NCBI RefSeq assembly: GCF_963921235.1
Contig: NC_086118.1
Location: forward strand, 28,274,001-28,338,000
Length of the DNA stretch: 64,000 nt
DNA from: Mobula hypostoma
Taxonomy: Eukaryota
Reading direction: 5' to 3'
In this document: one piece after another, positions 12,589-24,549 of the stretch
Layout: each line of letters opens with the position of its first letter
Numbering within the stretch: the stretch's first letter is position 1
Program-made: the position numbers and the translations under genes
Notes under the pieces: model-generated
What the model saw: only the letters and a program-made list of their open reading frames with translations
Databases searched by the model: none
Told to the model about the DNA's origin: nothing

Positions 12589-15500
12589 TGTGTGGAGGGT
12601 GCATAATCCATCTGCTAAAGACTATACCTTCTTCTCCACAAGACATAAAACATTTTCTCGAATAGATTACATTCTTATATCTTCCGGTCTGCTGCCTTTA
12701 GTACACTCAATAGAATTTTTGCCCGGACATCTATCTGATCACACCCAGTCATATCTACTTTTAATTATGGCAAAATTAAAAATAAGGCTACTAGGTGGAG
12801 GTCTAACTTTACCCTTCTAAAAAACGAAGAAATTTCTATCACAACTGAGAACAAAACTGACAGAATTTATAAATTTAAATAAAAATAGTGTCTCAGATGT
12901 GACAGTGATTTGGGCCTCCATCAAGGGTTTCTTACAAAATAACGCTATATGGTTCAGTTCTCACCTACATAAAAGCGGACTTCAAAAGATTTCCACCTTA
13001 GAAGACGAATGTAAGGTTTTGGAAAATGATCTCAAAGGGATATACACCATAACAAAAGAAAACGAGCTCAAAACAAAAGAAACAGAATTAAATGATTTAC
13101 TAAGAAGCAGGGCAGAATATATGATACATATATCCAAACATAAGTATTATGCAGAAGGCAGCAGACCGAGCCATCTTTTAGCTCTAACGCTCAAACAACA
13201 GGAAACTAAAAGGTCTATACCAGCATTTAGATGTGCTAAACGTGGAATAGTATCTTCAACAGAGGAAATAAACGAGGCATTCAAGAATTACTTTAAAGAA
13301 TTGTATTAAGTGGCTCAGTTCCTTCTGAGAATGACTTCACGGATTTTTTTAGTGGATTAGACCTCCCTACGTTATCGTTAGAGGACACCAAAACTCTAGA
13401 CTCTCCTATTACACTGGGTGAGCTACCCAAAGCAGTCAAAGCTACAAATAAGGGCCGTACGTCAGGCATAGGTGGCATACCTGTGGAACTTTACCTAGCA
13501 CTTTGGGATATTCTTGGACCAGTATGGTTAGAAACATTAAATTATGCTTTTGGAAATGGCGCTTTCCATAGAGATCTAAACACAGCCCTGATCACAGTTA
13601 TACCTAAGCCCGGTAAGGACCACTTGGAGTGTGCCAATTACCGTCCAATCTCCTTGATAAATGCCGACCTCAAGATATTTTCTAAAGTCTTAGCCAGTAG
13701 ACTTGAGGCAGTGATTGGGAAAATAATTAGCCCAGATCAAACGGGCTTTATCAAGGGGCGTCTCGCATCTGATAATATCCACCGGCTCTTACACGTACTG
13801 AGTGCACACATAAAATCCCACCTGCCTGTGGCCTGCTGTTTCTAGATGCTGAAAAAGCATTCGATCGTCTTGAATGGCCATATCTTTGGAGAGTTCTAAA
13901 AGGATTTAAGTTCGGCGATAAATTTATCGATATGATTCAAACACTGTGTGCTAATCCTTCAGCCCGGGTATGTGTAGGAGGAGGTTTCTCAGAGTTATTT
14001 GACATAGGATGGGACACACGACAAGGGAACCCTTTGTCTCCTTTAATTTTTAATATATCTATTGAACCGCTTGAACACTTAATTAGAAACTCTCCTCAGA
14101 TCTCCCCTATTACAATAGGTACAACATCACATTCAATATCACTTTACGCAGACGACACGCTAGTTTATATGGCGAATGTTCAACAATCTCTCCCCTATGT
14201 TTTAAAAACACTGGAGCAATTTGGATTTCTTTCAGGATACAAAGTCAATTTATTAAAATCAGCACTGATGCTGATTAATACAGATAAAAGTAAGGTATCT
14301 CTTCCTCCCCAGATTAAAATTACAAATGAAGTCCTCTACTTGGGTATTAAAGTTAATACTTCCCTATCATCTGTGGCTAAAACAAATTACACTTTAATTC
14401 TGAAAAAAATAGAAGAAGATATTAATAAATGGAGACACCTGCCAGCATCAGTCCCGGCCCGTATTTCGGTCATTAAAATGAACATCTTACCCCGTATTAA
14501 TTTTATCAGCTCAATGATCCCACTTGCACCTCCAGCAGGATATTGGCAAAAACTGGACTCCTTATTACGATACTATGTTTGGAATGGTAAAAGACCCAGT
14601 ATAAAATGGTCAGCTCTACAATTCAAGAAGTCGAATGGGGGATTGGCATGTCCAAATTCTAAATTGTATCACTGGGCATTTGTATTAAAAAGTCTTAGCT
14701 ATTGGATGGAGGAGGATAAAGTTTCATCCTGAAAAAATATAGAACAAGAGCTAATAGCACCAATAAGGTTGAAGGACTTTCTCCTTATAGGTATGTCTAC
14801 CAAAAAATGTGATTTGTATTACTGTCCAATTTTAACCCATACACTACAAGTGTTTACAGCAGCAGAAAAATTCCTAAAATTTAAAAGCGTATGGTGTAGA
14901 TCATTTCCATTATGGAACAATAATCATTTTCTATCTGGGGGGAAACCGTTCATTAACAGAACTTGGGAGGATAAAGGTATTACTACTCTTCAAGATATTA
15001 ATGGGGCAAGTACTAACCTTAGCTTTCAAGAACTGATATCTCGATATAATATTGATAAACATTCTCTTTTCTTCTACTTTCGAGTAAGATCAGCTTGAAA
15101 AGCCTACGGCGTTCCCTGGGGGTCAGATTTAAGGGACCATCCCATTTTAAGTTGGATACAGAGTGCTCCAGGACAGATAGTGTCATATATCTATGATAAA
15201 TTAAATTCAGAATTATATGCCCACATCGGGAATGAAACCCACAGCAAACTGTTGAGGCCAGTTCATTAGCTATGTTTAAAAGGAAGTTAGATATGGCCCT
15301 TGTGGCTACAGGGGTCACGGGGTATGGAGGGAAGGCTGGGTTCTGAGTTGGATGATCAGCCATGATCATAATAAATGGCGGTGCAGGCTCGAAGGGCCGA
15401 ATGGCCTACTCCTGCACCTATTTTCTATGTTTCTATGTTTCTATGAAACCTTGGGATAGGGACATATCTGAATTGGGACAAGTCTTAGACTGGGATGTGA

Positions 15501-16209
15501 TTTGGGATAACACTGCCGGTGCCTCGAAAAACCCAAATCATCGGTATTTACACTTGAAATTTTGTCATAGAGCATATTTAACACCGAGAATTAGATATCA
15601 AATGAGACTGGTTTCTGACCCTTATTGCTCATTTTGCCCCCATGGAGCCATTGGCTCTTTTATACATGTTGTATGGGAATGTCCAGGGGTTTTTCATTTG
15701 TGGGGGAAGGTTATCAGCACTCTTACAGAACTAACAGGGGTACAATTACCAATGGACCCCGCTGTACATCTTCTAAATGATGACTCCCACCTTTCCCTTA
15801 CGGAAAAAAATACGCAAAATCTGGCTGGCAGGCGTAACTGCAGCTAAGAAGATTGTCGTCCAGCGTTGGAAACCTCCCCATGATATTTCAAATACTCACT
15901 GGCTTCAGAGCTTTTTGGACATTTCTCACCTGGAACTTTCATCAGCAAGACTAAATGATGCACGACCAAACATAATCTTAATGTGGACAAATTTGATATC
16001 TAACTTAAAAGATCTTTTGTTAAAATAGGAATGCTATGTCTGTGTATGCACTACTATTCAGTTGACTGGTGGAGGGGAGGGGGATAGAGGGAGAGAGGGG
16101 TGGAGGGGGATGGTGATGAAGGTTGGGCGATCGCTGGGTTAAGCAGTCAAAATGTAATTGGCAACTGGTTGTATTGAATGTAATTTGTTGGTGTTGCAAT
16201 AAATAATTA
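12589..16209 (+). mobile_element. 5'-truncated L1-clade LINE (ORF2 pseudogene: APE end, RT, CCHC)
   Basis: WRVHNPSAKDYTFFSTRHKTFSRIDY; YRPISLINADLKIFSK; TRQGNPLSPLIF; LYADD at 14142-14156; CSFC...HVVWEC; AATAAA at the 3' end; 12-bp TSD ATAAATCACTGA (12577-12588, 16210-16221). Confidence 0.95.
15240..15442 (+). mobile_element. Young CR1/HER 3'-end insertion inside L1
   Basis: gatcagccatgatc...gaagggccgaatggcctactcctgc plus (TTTCTATG)3 tail; 8-bp TSD ATGAAACC (15232-15239, 15443-15450). Confidence 0.9.
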
Positions 16210-16221
16210 ATAAATCACTGA

Positions 16222-16840
16222 AAGTTAATGTGAGAGCATTATAAGAAAGTTGGAAGGTAAATCTTACACTGGTCTTTACTGCAAGATAATTTGAGTACAA
16301 GTGTAATAACAGTTTTCCTCAATAACATATGACCCTAATGAGACCACACACTGGAATATTGTATACCCTTCTGATCTTCCCATCTAATGAAAGATACATT
16401 TGTAATATAGAAAATGCAGTGAAATTCATGAGTCTGATGGCATGTTTATTGTATTAGGAGAGACAAGGCCAACTAGCCCCTTTTCTCCCAAGGTTGGACA
16501 GGATCAATGCAAAGATGACATTCCCTGACTGGCATGTCTAGAAGGAGGACCATCGTTTCAAGCTATAGTTGCATGCTTTCTGGGCCGAGATAAAAAGGGA
16601 CTTCTTCACCCAAAGGATATTGAAGCTGAAATACTCTGTTGAGGGTCTGTAGAATCTCAGCAACTGAATACATTCAAGACAGGGAGTGATAGATGTTTTT
16701 GGCTATAAAAGACAAAAGGGGAATGGGTGAATGTAGAGATGTTGCACTGAGATTAAAGATCAGTTCTGATCTCATTGAATGGCAGAGCAGATATGAGAGA
16801 CTGAACAACTCACCTTTTCTTTTATTTCATATGCTCTTAA
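16222..16840 (+). mobile_element. Old CR1 LINE, 3' piece
   Basis: Continues the 11480-12588 copy: atgagaccacacactggaatattg (RPHLEYC-like), ttcttcacccaaagg, CR1 3' UTR. Confidence 0.8.
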
Positions 16841-17021
16841 ATTTTTAAAATTGGATTGAGAGGTAGGAGGCAGCATAAAGTAATTGTAAAATAAAGTACT
16901 TTTTACAAGGTTTGTTTGCGGTTAATGACTGCCAATTCACCTCTGACGCTGAAAAATAACTAATCTAAAATCAAGTATGATAAAAACAGAAAAAAAGTTA
17001 AAGGAATGAGATTCCACAATG

Positions 17022-17570
17022 CAGGTTGACCACCACAAATCTGGAATGATTGCAGCACCAGATTAGTGATTTTGCTGAATCACAAGTGGTTAGGATCAGG
17101 ATTAAATAAATAAACACCTCTAATCCACTTGATGATCACCTCGCCCTTGGATAATAAAGGAAAAAGAAATGACAAAAGAAAAGCAAGAGCTGGTATGGTA
17201 AATTACTGGAAATTGCTTCATACCTTTAAAAGCTGTGGGACGTAAATTTCTGCTGATGACTAACAACTTATAACCGTGGGCTTCTGCAGCGTTAGAGCAG
17301 CCTAGCACATTGACACAATCCTTTGATGCTTTATAACCTGTTGGCGATTCTGCGTCCTCTATAGTCAGTGTTCTGCTTGGAGTGCAATGCCAATATAAGG
17401 CGGTTTCGTCCGCATTGTAGACCTGCTTGGGGCTTAAATTTTCATCAGAAACTAACTTAGTGAACTCATCAACAAACTCAGCAGCTACTTCCTTGTCTGC
17501 TGACCATTTTTTTACCGCACAATGCACAAAATTTTCATTTCATTTGGAATGACACCAACACATGGTTTGG
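17022..17570 (-). mobile_element. pogo/Tigger transposase fragment
   Basis: ORF 17120-17527: SADKEVAAEFVDEF...QVYNADETALYW...VLGCSNAA...KLLVI...RPTAFKG, the DDE_1 N-terminal motif; possible terminus caggttgaccacc at 17022. Confidence 0.85.
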
Positions 17571-17798
17571 CCAACATGTTTTCCCTTTTCCTTCTATCTT
17601 TGTATATACTTACTGCATAAACCACCAGCGGTGTAACAAGCATGCCATGGTTATATACACTAGTAGAGTTTTTCACAGTACCGATTCCTTTTGAGGGCAT
17701 TAACTCTTGTTGGATTTGGATCTCATCATGCATACAATTCAGCTATGTTCTTCTTCATATGTAAATCCAGAAAGCTAATCTTAATCCTATCTACTGTC

Positions 17799-18092
17799 GG
17801 ATGGCATGGTAGCACAAAACTGTACAACAGCCAGCTGTAAGATGAGAGTTTAATTCCTGCCACTGCATGTAAGGAGTTTGTAAGTTTTCACCATTACTGT
17901 GTAGGCTTCCTCCAAGTGTTCTGGTTTCTTCCCACATTCCAAAGATGTACAGTTTAGGATTAGTAAATTCTGGGCAGTCTATGTTGGCGCTGGAAGTGTG
18001 GCAACACTTGATTACCTCACAGATTTGATTTGAAGCAAATGAAGCAGTCTATTGTGTGTCTCAATGTACGTATAACAAATAAAACTAACCTC
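17799..18092 (+). mobile_element. V-SINE (HE1/DANA-like core)
   Basis: tRNA-like head ggcatggtagc...gtttaattcc; V core gtaaggagtttgta...ggcttcctccaagtgttctggtttcttcccacattccaaagatgtac; AATAAA tail. Confidence 0.75.
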
Positions 18093-18199
18093 ACTCATCA
18101 TCCACACATCTACATTCAGCCTAAGTCTGATATTGAAATATGGCCAAAAAATGTCTGAAGTAGATTGTAGTCAACTATCATCACAAACAATGAAGAAGC

Positions 18200-18860
18200 A
18201 AGAGAATTCAAAGGATGAGCGAAAATGCAATGTCTTTCAAGACGGGGTGGCAGACTGAGTTCGTATCGCATTCGCGGTTGGAGTCAATGATTTGGAGAGG
18301 AGTCGATGTGGCAGGGTTTCAATGCCTGTCCACCTAACCCGGGCGCGAGATTGAATTATTCCAAGCACCAGGCCGATTTGGTGGGATCGAGAGCAGCTTT
18401 GGGCTGTGTGGCCTGGATGAGTCACTGTGCCGGGTCCTAGAGCAAGGCACTACCTGGTGGTTGAATGATTTAAGCACTGGCCCTGATAGAATGGGAAGCC
18501 CAAGTGTAAGGATCAGATTGGACTGATTTCACTCACAGTCCTGCAATGTACTTCCCTCTCTCTGGCGATTGTCACCTCTGCGTGGTCCACAGAATTTTTG
18601 CTGTGCTAATAGGATGAACTGAGACTGAGGCTACTCTGGCTGCTCTGGGGAGCAGATCTAAAGACCCAAACTGGTTCTGAACGCTGTTTTTTGCTTTTAT
18701 TGTTTGCATGATGTGTGCTTTTTTTCCCTCTTTTATGCTTTGTTTTTTTTAATTGAGTTATGCAGCTTTGTTGCTTTGTGGCTGCCTGTAGGCAAACAAG
18801 TCTGAAGATGTATAATTAATACATTCTTTGATAATAAATACTTGAATTTTGAGTTTTGAA
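18200..18860 (+). repeat. Non-coding retroposon with Rex1-like 3' tail
   Basis: Tail gtggctgcctgtagg...ctttgataataaatacttgaattttga resembles the Rex1 tails at 23830-23910 and 24960-25040. Confidence 0.45.
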
Positions 18861-18901
18861 ATTCTAGCAACATTTTAGGAACATCTCTAAAAATCAGGTT
18901 A

Positions 18902-19082
18902 ACTGGTCATTTTTCTAATTGTTGTTTGTGAGACCTGTTGTGCTCAGGTTTTTCTGCTGTATTTCATGCATTGCATCGTGTGCAGACTTCAAAAATGATG
19001 TGGTGCTTATAAAATGCTTTGTAATCTCTCAAGGTCATGCAAAGTTCTAAACAGGTGCCACGTAAATGTTAAATTCTCTTTT
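18902..19082 (+). mobile_element. Ancient DeuSINE (SacSINE1/AmnSINE1-like) remnant
   Basis: ctggtcatt...ttgttgtttgtgagacctgttgtgc...acttcaaaaa...taaaatgctttg...aggtcatg resembles the Deu domain and tail as recalled. Confidence 0.6.
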
Positions 19083-20029
19083 GTTTATGCTGGTGTGACT
19101 GATTTACATTCGGAGCAGGAATCCCAGCATGTGTCCACTCCTTATTCTTGTGCCAATGATCCTGTGCCTCATTTGAACTAAAATCTACATTGGGCAAGGG
19201 CCACAAGATTTTCTAAGCTATAAAGCTGGTCAGTACTATAGCACTGATTGCCAGCACCTTATCCCACTTCAATATCACAATCTAAATGCCAATTTACTTT
19301 TTTCTTTTTACTTCTGAAAATTTTTGTATTATTATCCGAAATTCCTTTACTGTTTCAATGATCAACAATTATGTCCATCTAAGTCTGGTGTTATTACCTT
19401 TACTGGCCTTAAGTAATTTACGGCAAAAAGTGTAGGCTGTGTAGTTGGATTCGAATTACCATCATTGACCTTACACATGTGAATTCTGACCATTCATTGA
19501 TAAGGGATGGTGCTTTGAGAAAAAAAACATGGCATTGAAAGCATGTTGATAATGCTTCCAGAAGGTGTTTAATATTATCTTTTAAATGTAATTGTCCAAA
19601 AGTGCATTATCATTTAGATGAGAAAAAAGCAAATGAGACTTTCTTTGTGTAGTACATGAGTACAGCGTTTCTAACAGCTGTGTACTTAAGGTGATTTAAC
19701 TATTGATACCTTGTTATACAAAGCACTGCTGTTACTTGAGTGCTGACTGCCTTCAGTAAGGGATTGTAATAATCTGCAAAGGGTTGTAAACTCAGCCAGC
19801 TCCATCATGGACAATAGCCTCCCCATCATCAGGGACATCTTCAAAAGGCAATGTCTCAAAAGATGGCATCCATCATTAAGGATATGCCCTCTTCTCATTA
19901 CTACCATCAGAGAGGAGGTACAGGAGCTTGGTGACATCACTCAACATTTTAGGAATGGCTCCTTCCCCTCTGTTATGAGATTTCTGAACAGTCAATGAAT
20001 GCATAAATAGTACCTTGCAGTTTTTTTGC

Positions 20030-20470
20030 AAACAAGAGAAAATCTACAGATGCTGGAAATCCAAGCAGCACAAACAAAATGCTGGAGGATCTCAGCAGGC
20101 CAGGCAGCATCTATGGAAAAGAGTAGAGTCGACATTTCAGGCTGAGACCCTTCAGCAGGACTGGAGAAAAAGAAAGGTGTCAGAATTAGAAGATGGTGGG
20201 GTGAGGGGGAGGAAAAAGCACAAGGTGATAGGTGAAACCAGGAGGAGGGAGGGGTGAAGTAAAGAGCTGGGAAGTTGATTGGTGAAAGAGATTCAAAGAT
20301 AGAGAAGGTGGAATCTGGTAAGGGAGGACAGAAGGCCTGGAATGCCCTTCTGACTCCTCATCTATTTTTTTCTCCAGTCCTGCTGAAGAGTCTCAACCTG
20401 AAATGTTGACTATACTCTTTTCCATAGATGCTCCTGGCCTGCTGAGTTCCTCCAGCATTTTGTGTGTGTT
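20030..20470. mobile_element. Penelope fold-back element with two inverted pLTR copies
   Basis: Inverted arms ~20070-20170 and 20365-20470, each carrying agtcCTGCTGA...GAAAtgt.gact. Confidence 0.85.
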
Positions 20471-20508
20471 ACAATTTTTTTTGTAAATCTTTTTTCTTAT
20501 TATAATTT

Positions 20509-20807
20509 TTTTTTATAGGCATCCGTTAGTCTCATGAGACCATGGATTTGAGCCTTGGAAGGTTTCTGGGGCGCAGGCCTGGGCAAGGTTGTATAGAAGC
20601 CCATGCTGCAAGTCTCCCCTCTCCACGCCACCGATGCAGTCCAAGGGAAGGGCATTAGGACCCATACAGCTTGGCACCGGTGTCATCGCAGAGCAATGTG
20701 TGGTAAAGTGCCTTGCTCAAGGACACACGCTGCCTCAGCCAAGGCTCGAACCAGTGACCTTCGGATCACTCGACGAACACCTTAACCACTTGGCTACCCA
20801 CGAACAC
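20509..20807 (-). mobile_element. tRNA-derived SINE with CORE-like segment (tail type A)
   Basis: A box TAGCCAAGTGG, B box GGTTCGAGCC, tgtgtccttgagcaaggcactt, oligo-A end; 11-bp TSD TATTATAATTT (20498-20508, 20808-20818). Confidence 0.85.
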
Positions 20808-21677
20808 TATTATAATTTATAGTACACATATTTTATGTATTTCTCTGTATTCTGTCACAAAACAAAGCAGAATCAGTGATAATAAATCTAATTCCGATAT
20901 TGATTTTGATTCTGGATGTTTGGCTGGCAAACCTAGCAATCCTATAACCACACAGAGGACTTACAACCACCGCACACTGTAGGAAGAACTGCCCATGAAT
21001 TTTACCCAATATTGAGTGCAATTTATCTTGACACAGTAAGTGCATCACAAGGTTATCCATGCAATATACTTGCACCATACCGTTCTTCATAATCAACCAT
21101 AACCACCCTTCAGTGGAATTTAGGTACTAATAGTAGGAGAGACCAGCTGGCAACCCATTTACTTTACATGCAACAATTTCCCGAGGTCCCAATATATAAC
21201 GAGCTCATCGGGAAATTTTTGATCCATTATGACAAATTTGACTACTTCTCTGCAGTGCACATCCTACTGAATGCAAAGTGCAATCTGCAGCACTTGTTTT
21301 TGGGTTGTTTGATTTCTTGATTGAAGTCTGCGCGGCAGATATCTAGGTACTGCAAAAAGTGTTATGCCCATTGCTTAGTTGTTAGCAGAATAGAATGGTG
21401 TTTTCTGATAAGCTTGATTCCTTCCAGATAATACAACTTAGCAGAGTGCATCTGCTGCTCACCTCGTTGGCGATGTTAGGATATCAGTTTTGTTAACCTG
21501 TTGATGAAACTTCAAAGTCAAAATCTGATATTTAATTTATTTGACTACAGGGAAAGAGAGATGAACTTGCAATTCACGGAGCTTAAATAGAAATTTTACT
21601 CATTAATACTAAACATTGCAACTGAATCCTTATTTTCAGGTGTTCTCCATAACTCACTCAAGTTATACTGTCAGTGA

Positions 21678-21886
21678 ACAACAGGAATTCTGCAGATGCT
21701 GGAAATTCAAGCAACACACATCAAAGTTGCTGGTGAACGCAGCAGGCCAGGCAGCATCTCTGGGAAGAAGTACAGTCGACGCTTCAAGCTGAGACCCTTT
21801 GATCTCGGCCTGAAGCATCGACTGCACCTCTTCCTAGAGATGCTGCCTGGCCTGCTGCGTTCACCAGCAACATTGATGTGTGTTGC
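21678..21886. mobile_element. Penelope fold-back mini-element
   Basis: ~85-bp inverted arms; 15-bp TSD TTATACTGTCAGTGA (21663-21677, 21887-21901). Confidence 0.9.
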
Positions 21887-22604
21887 TTATACTGTCAGTG
21901 ATGTGCTTAGCGCTCTGTCAGGTCATGTATTTGGAAGTTTAGCTAAGTGATGGGCTTGTTTTTCTACCAGGCACTCCTGGTTTAAATTCTGCATCTGCAA
22001 CACACAGACAATTCTGTGCAGTGCCCACTTGGCGCATTGCAGGTTAAAGTTGTCCAGGTTGTACCATGAATGAATATCACTTGAGCATTTGCGGGACGTC
22101 ACAGCGCTGAAGCACAAAGCTGTATTTATTGGATTAGGACATGACTACTTAACTTTGATTTTCACTTGAGCTCCCTCTGTTATGCAATACTGATCACCCT
22201 CTGTCCTCTGATCTCTTCTCCACCACAATATCTTCTTCCAAATCCATCCCCCACTCTTGGATCAGCTGAAAACTATGTAAATGGTCTCAGTCTCTGCCCT
22301 TCCTTACACTTACCTGACCTGCTCTCTTCATCCTCTCACTGACCTTGCTTAAACCTCCTCACCTTTTCAACTACTACATTGCTCAGTAATCTGACACAAG
22401 GCTTTAATCCTCAGTGTACATCCAACAGCCCTTTCTAAACTCTTCCCGCCCAACACTGCCTTATTTTGCAACATCAGTAGAAAGCAAAATGTCCATTCAG
22501 TAGTGCAGTAGCAAATTAACTAAAATCTCTTTGCCAAAGACTTGAAATCATCTCCTTTCCAAAATACAGTATCTGTATATAAACAAAATAACATATAGGC
22601 TTAA

Positions 22605-23065
22605 CCTTATATTCCATCTGAGTAGCCTCCAACCTGATGACATGAATATCAATTTCTCCTTCTGGTAAAAAGATTTTTCCCTCCTCCTCCTCCTCCTCCT
22701 CCTCCCCTCTACTATGAGTTCCTACTCTAGATGCTTACCTCTCCTCACCTGCCTATCACCTCCCCTTGGGCCCCCTCCTCCTTCCTTTGTTCCTATGGTC
22801 CGCTCTCCTATCTGAACACATTCCTTCCACTCCTCTCCTTTCCTAGCCACCTAGCTTCACCTGTCATCTTCTGGCTAAGCTACATATCCTCTCCCCTCTT
22901 TTTATTCTGGCATCTTCACCCTTCCTTTCCAGTCCTGAAGAAGGGTCTCAGCCTGAAATGAAAACTGCTTATTCATTTGCATAGATGCTGCCTAACCTGT
23001 GGAGTTTCTCCAGCATTTTGTGTGTGCTGCTCCGTGTTTCCAGTATCTGCAGAATTTGTTGCGCT
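22605..23065 (+). mobile_element. Penelope 3' fragment
   Basis: FHLSSLQPDDMNINFS end of ORF, pyrimidine-rich UTR, agtcCTGAAGAagggtctcagcctGAAA, gatgctgcc...ccagcattttg tail. Confidence 0.85.
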
Positions 23066-23174
23066 TAACATATGATCCAACATAATTTGAGTTACAACCT
23101 TTAGGCAAATTAGTTTTTAAAATAATTAATAAACAAAATTAAGAAAACAAATATAACTTTGTAATTTGGTGCAG

Positions 23175-23455
23175 TTAAAGTCTGTCCCAAGCCTTATAGG
23201 CTCATCAGGCCAGTGCTTATGCCGGTTTCCGCGGTGTGAAGTACTGAGAGTACGAGACTCCCCGCTGGATATGATGCCAATCTATTGCAAGGTTAACCTT
23301 CAGCATTTTGCTGGGCCCATTTTCAGCTAGGTGGGCTGGAGCAGTGTGTGTTTAAGCGCCTTGCTGAAGGACATAACACGCTGCCTCGGCTGGGGCTCAA
23401 ACTCACGACCTTCAGTTCACTAGTCTGACACCTTAACCACTTGGCCACGCACCAC
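23175..23455 (-). mobile_element. tRNA-derived SINE with CORE-like segment (tail type B)
   Basis: A box TGGCCAAGTGG, B box AGTTTGAGCC, tgtccttcagcaaggcgctt; TSD AATTTGGTGCAG 23163-23174 and AATTTGGTGTAG 23456-23467. Confidence 0.85.
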
Positions 23456-23489
23456 AATTTGGTGTAGGATCTCTTCATTTTCTCTTGAT

Positions 23490-23920
23490 CTCGCTGCTCC
23501 CAACAGGAAGAAGGTACAGGAGCATCAGGACTCAAACCACCAGGTTCAGGAACGGTTATCACCCTTCAACTATCACGGTCTTGAACCAAAGGAGATAACT
23601 TCAGTCAACTTCACTTACCCCAACATTGAAATGTTCCCACAACCAATGAACTCACTTGTGACATCTGTTCATCTCATGTTCTTGATATTTATTGCTTATT
23701 TATTTATTATTACTTCTTTCTGTTTATATTTGCAGTTTGTTGTCTTTTGCACACTGGTCAAATGCCTAAGTTGGTCTGGTCTTTCATTGATTCTGTTATG
23801 GTTATTATTCTGTGGATTTATTGAGTATGCCCACAAGAAAATAAATCTCAGGATTGAATATGGTGACATGTGTGTACTTTGATAATAAAGTTACTTTGAG
23901 CATTTTAACCTGGAACTTTG
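23490..23920 (+). mobile_element. Rex1 3' fragment
   Basis: LLPTGRRYRSIRTQTTRFRNGYHPSTI; tail gtactttgataataaagttactttga. Confidence 0.8.
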
Positions 23921-24549
23921 ATCCAGATGAGCTGAATGGAACTTACCACAAGGGGGTGCTACATAAACAGTACTGAGGAAGGCACTGTCAACGCTGAAAC
24001 TCCCATTTTCTGAGCAATGTTAAAAACTAAGCAGTGTGCTACTTGCAGGTCGTTTTTCTAATTGCTCAAAATATACCTGAATAATAATTGCGGAAACTTT
24101 CTCTGCTATGATCTTGCGGCACTTGCTACTCATAAGACCTGAACAATCTAATCCCCCTTTTGTTGCTCTGATACGTCCTCACTACTGTAGGTTGGATGAA
24201 GGGGAACTCCAGGCTGTTAACCTGTAAGTATGTGGAAGAGGCAAAATGCCAAGCTATAAAGGGATCTTCCACATCGTTTCTGTGTTCATGCTATTCTTGT
24301 CCCTGAAGTTGGGAGGCACTAGTTTACCTTTAAGGCTAGTCCATATTTTCTCAGAGCATCTTCAATACCTGTTTATCAGGGCTACTGGAACTGTTCAATC
24401 TCTTTAAGGGTATCCACTTCTGAGGCAAAGAAGCAAGACCTGCACCACGATTGATGTAATGCAAAAACCCAAGACTGTCATGGTGTACCCTGACTGGTAC
24501 AATGGCATCATAGGTAAAGCTCCCCTCACCCTGAGCACATGGACAAAAA

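Larger units (their letters stand above)
19760..20900 (+). mobile_element. Rex1 3' fragment interrupted by a Penelope fold-back and a SINE
   Basis: LQRVVNSASSIMDNSLPIIRDIFKRQCLK; tail gtgataataaatctaattccgat at ~20877-20900. Confidence 0.75.

Noticed and set aside
20690..20807. tRNA gene-like A and B boxes (also 23340-23455)
   Set aside because: No complete cloverleaf; they continue into SINE bodies with TSDs.
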